In this document: positions 62,492 through 64,000 of the stretch, piece by piece
Layout: each line of letters opens with the position of its first letter
How positions within the stretch are numbered: position 1 is the stretch's first letter
Virus record (IMG/VR): IMGVR_UViG_3300045988_099631
Location: 1-64,000 of that record
Length of the DNA: 64,000 bases
Reading direction: 5' to 3' (one strand)
Origin: a virus
Translations under genes and position numbers: made by a program
Notes under the pieces: model-generated
The model's database searches: none
The model's input: the letters and a program-made list of their open reading frames with translations, nothing else
Told to the model about the DNA's origin: nothing

Positions 62492-62827
62492 CATCATTTT
62501 TGCAAGATTTCCGTCAGAATCATGCAGAAGTCCGAACTTTTTCCGGATTTTTGCATGACACGCCCAGTTTGCTGCGGCTTGCCGTTGGTGTGCAATGGGG
62601 CGCGGTTGGAAATTTTGCCGCTTGTTTCCGCCTGAACAGAGCGGAGCCGGGAACACTTTCCCCGCGCGGCTGTTGTGGTGTGCTGTAAGTAGCTGTTGGC
62701 TGGTGTTCGCTTGGGTTGCGGCGCGTTGCCTTCTAGTTGGCAGGGCTGGGCGGCAGGGGCTGGCGGTGAGTTGAACGTTGGTGCGCGGGTATAAAGAATA
62801 TAGTGTAATACTCGCCCGCGCAATCAA

Positions 62828-62874
62828 CACACGCGCACGCACGCGACGCGCACGCATACGCGCATACGCGCGCG
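62828..62874. repeat. Alternating purine-pyrimidine (CG/CA) tract
   Basis: cacacgcgcacgcacgcg|acgcgcacgcatacgcgcatacgcgcgcg: 18 + 29 nt with one phase break. Confidence 0.8.
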
Positions 62875-62906
62875 ATATAATATGGAGTGACTGCGGGAGT
62901 GTGTGC

Positions 62907-63010
62907 GGGGCGTGTAGGGGCTGCGCTGGGCTGTTGGGTCGGTGTTGGGGCGGTGTTGGGGCTTGTGGTGGCGCTGGTGGTCGGCTAGGGGCTGCGGGGG
63001 CCTTGGCGGG
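62907..63010 (+). repeat. Cluster of nine G3-G5 runs
   Basis: Includes the direct repeat GGTGTTGGGGC x2. Lies immediately 3' of the gene at 63014-63736, on the opposite strand. Confidence 0.75.
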
Positions 63011-63013
63011 CGG

Positions 63014-63736
63014 TTAAGCCTGCGCAAGGTAGCGGGCGCGTATCTTATCGATTCGGCGTTGAACGGCGCTTTTGCTCATGCCAAGGGCGGCGGCAATGGT
63101 GCGGACGGTGTGCCCGTCGGCAAGTGCTCGGATGATTGCGCGGTCGGTGCTGTCAGTGGCTGCGGCCTCGATGGCGGCGCGGATAATGGCGGCATCTTCG
63201 GGGCTGCTGCTGACGGGGGCGGCTGTGACGCTTGGCAGGTAGTCGAGCGGTGTTTGTGTGCAGTCGTCGCCGTCCGCGTCGGCGGCGCTGGTGAGTTGGC
63301 AGCAGTTGGACGCGTGCCGGTACTCGGCGCGGCTGATGACGTGCGTTGCCTGGGTGCAGGCTGCAAAGAGTATGTGCGTAAGGGTGTGCGGCTCGTCGCT
63401 TTGCTCGTTGCGCGTGAGGGCAGGCGCGACGCGGGGCCATGCCTCGGCTGCGACGGTCTGCGCGTCGTCCGGGGTGCGTATCCATTCTGTATCGATTCCG
63501 CGTCCGGTGGCCTCGGCGCGGTGCTTGACGGTCCACGCCATGCGGATCAGCGCGGTATACTGTTCCTCGCCGCTCATGTTGTCCCACACGCGGCGGGCTG
63601 CTGTGGCGGCTTTGGCGGTTCTGTGCGCCTCTTTCAGGCAGATGGCAAACTGGGCGCGGCTGCGGGTCTCGGGGTACTCTGCGACGGTGGCGCGGTACAG
63701 GCTCCATGCCTGCCGCATGATCTGGGCTTTACTCAT
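63014..63736 (-). CDS. Regulator with sigma-70-region-4/LuxR-like C-terminal HTH
   Basis: 240 aa with AAGGAG RBS. The C-terminus RAIIRALADGHTVRTIAAALGMSKSAVQRRIDKIRARY is HTH-like. GC content is clearly higher than the rest of the window. Confidence 0.5.
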   Translation of the reverse strand: MSKAQIMRQAWSLYRATVAEYPETRSRAQFAICLKEAHRTAKAATAARRVWDNMSGEEQYTALIRMAWTVKHRAEATGRGIDTEWIRTPDDAQTVAAEAWPRVAPALTRNEQSDEPHTLTHILFAACTQATHVISRAEYRHASNCCQLTSAADADGDDCTQTPLDYLPSVTAAPVSSSPEDAAIIRAAIEAAATDSTDRAIIRALADGHTVRTIAAALGMSKSAVQRRIDKIRARYLAQA

Positions 63737-63833
63737 GTTGAAGATCTCCTTTATTCGTTTTACTTGATGGGGCGGGGCCGCTTTGGTGCCGGGTGCGGCT
63801 CTGCTAGGGTGTCCGGGGCGGGGGGCTGTGCCC

Positions 63834-64000
63834 TCAGAAGCTCGGCTGTAGCTTGATCTCCCAACGGCCGCAAATGTCGCCTGCGGCGTTTTTCTCGGCC
63901 TTTTTCAGGGCCTTTTCGATTGCTGCCGCTTTGTTGGGTGCGCTCACGGTAAATGCTTGGTGCTTGCCGCCATTATCCACGCAGCGGAAAGCGAACTTGT
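63834..64000 (-). CDS. 3' end of an ORF truncated by the window edge
   Basis: Open frame …KFAFRCVDNGGKHQAFTVSAPNKAAAIEKALKKAEKNAAGDICGRWEIKLQPSF, stop TGA at 63834-63836. Confidence 0.35.
   Translation of the reverse strand, partial: KFAFRCVDNGGKHQAFTVSAPNKAAAIEKALKKAEKNAAGDICGRWEIKLQPSF

Noticed and set aside
62700-62830. Prophage-host junction at the GC jump.
   Set aside because: Genes beyond the jump keep the same strand, RBS style and regulator-like content, and attP-type arms exist at 38.6-38.9 kb. A mosaic phage block is more likely, although sequence beyond 64000 is needed to be sure.
62465-62857. 130-aa and 109-aa minus-strand ORFs. Also small ORFs at 62114-62428 (+) and 62174-62344 (-, a 56-aa hydrophobic product).
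   Set aside because: They have no Shine-Dalgarno sequence, implausible Arg/Pro/Ala-rich products, and they lie in the structured non-coding tract. The 56-aa hydrophobic ORF is the least implausible, but it too lacks an RBS.
62942-63856. 304-aa plus-strand ORF, and the nested minus-strand ORFs 63076-63366 and 63153-63707.
   Set aside because: These are Gly/Ala/Arg or Pro/Arg-rich products of a GC-rich stretch. They overlap the minus-strand gene 63014-63736, which has an AAGGAG RBS and a recognisable HTH.
1-64000. Genome-wide stop-codon reassignment (TGA to Trp or TAG to Gln), as described for some gut phages.
   Set aside because: TGA, TAG and TAA all terminate dozens of genes here, many in ATGA/TAATG coupling overlaps. 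The large virion genes contain no in-frame stops. Only two accessory genes show an internal stop.
1-64000. CRISPR array or regularly spaced repeats.
   Set aside because: The only short tandem repeats are the two operator copies, the AAAATCGGCAC arm sites and GGTGTTGGGGC x2. None has repeat-spacer periodicity.

Overview
The window is a temperate phage genome, or a tandem-prophage junction. The host is probably Bacillota/Clostridia-like, judging from AAGGAG-type RBSs and Cse60-, SleB-, G40P-loader- and replisome-organizer-like genes. GC content is about 50%, and almost every gene is on the minus strand with ATGA/TAATG-type translational coupling.

Layout:
- 6-17.7 kb: virion module. It has LRR and fibre proteins, Ig-like proteins, capsid, scaffold, portal and terminase. 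No tape-measure-size gene is visible.
- 17.7-31.9 kb: a dense accessory arm. It holds an orphan N6-adenine MTase, five Lar-like zinc ribbons, ASCH, a ThyX-like gene, HNH and a broken C5-MTase.
- 31.9-36.6 kb: a RecT/YqaJ recombination module and a Cro-like gene.
- 36.5-38.9 kb: the immunity switch, a cI-like gene, a tyrosine integrase and an attP-like site carrying a tRNA 3' end.
- 38.9-62 kb: a second leftward arm. It holds dUTPase, replisome organizer, helicase loader, SSB, a SleB-like hydrolase, an intein-containing helicase-MTase fusion, a PAPS-reductase-like gene and many small Cys-rich paralogs.
- 62.2-64 kb: a structured GC-rich non-coding tract and a gene of about 65% GC.

Most notable observations:
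- The C5-MTase locus has a permuted motif order, a 4-nt disruption of the PCQ motif, and a G9 tract where a nested +1-frame ORF meets it.
- Two in-frame stop codons sit where paralogs have Trp.
- A promoter-proximal 21-bp terminator lies in front of the late operon.

All calls come from reading the sequence and motifs by eye. No database search was run.
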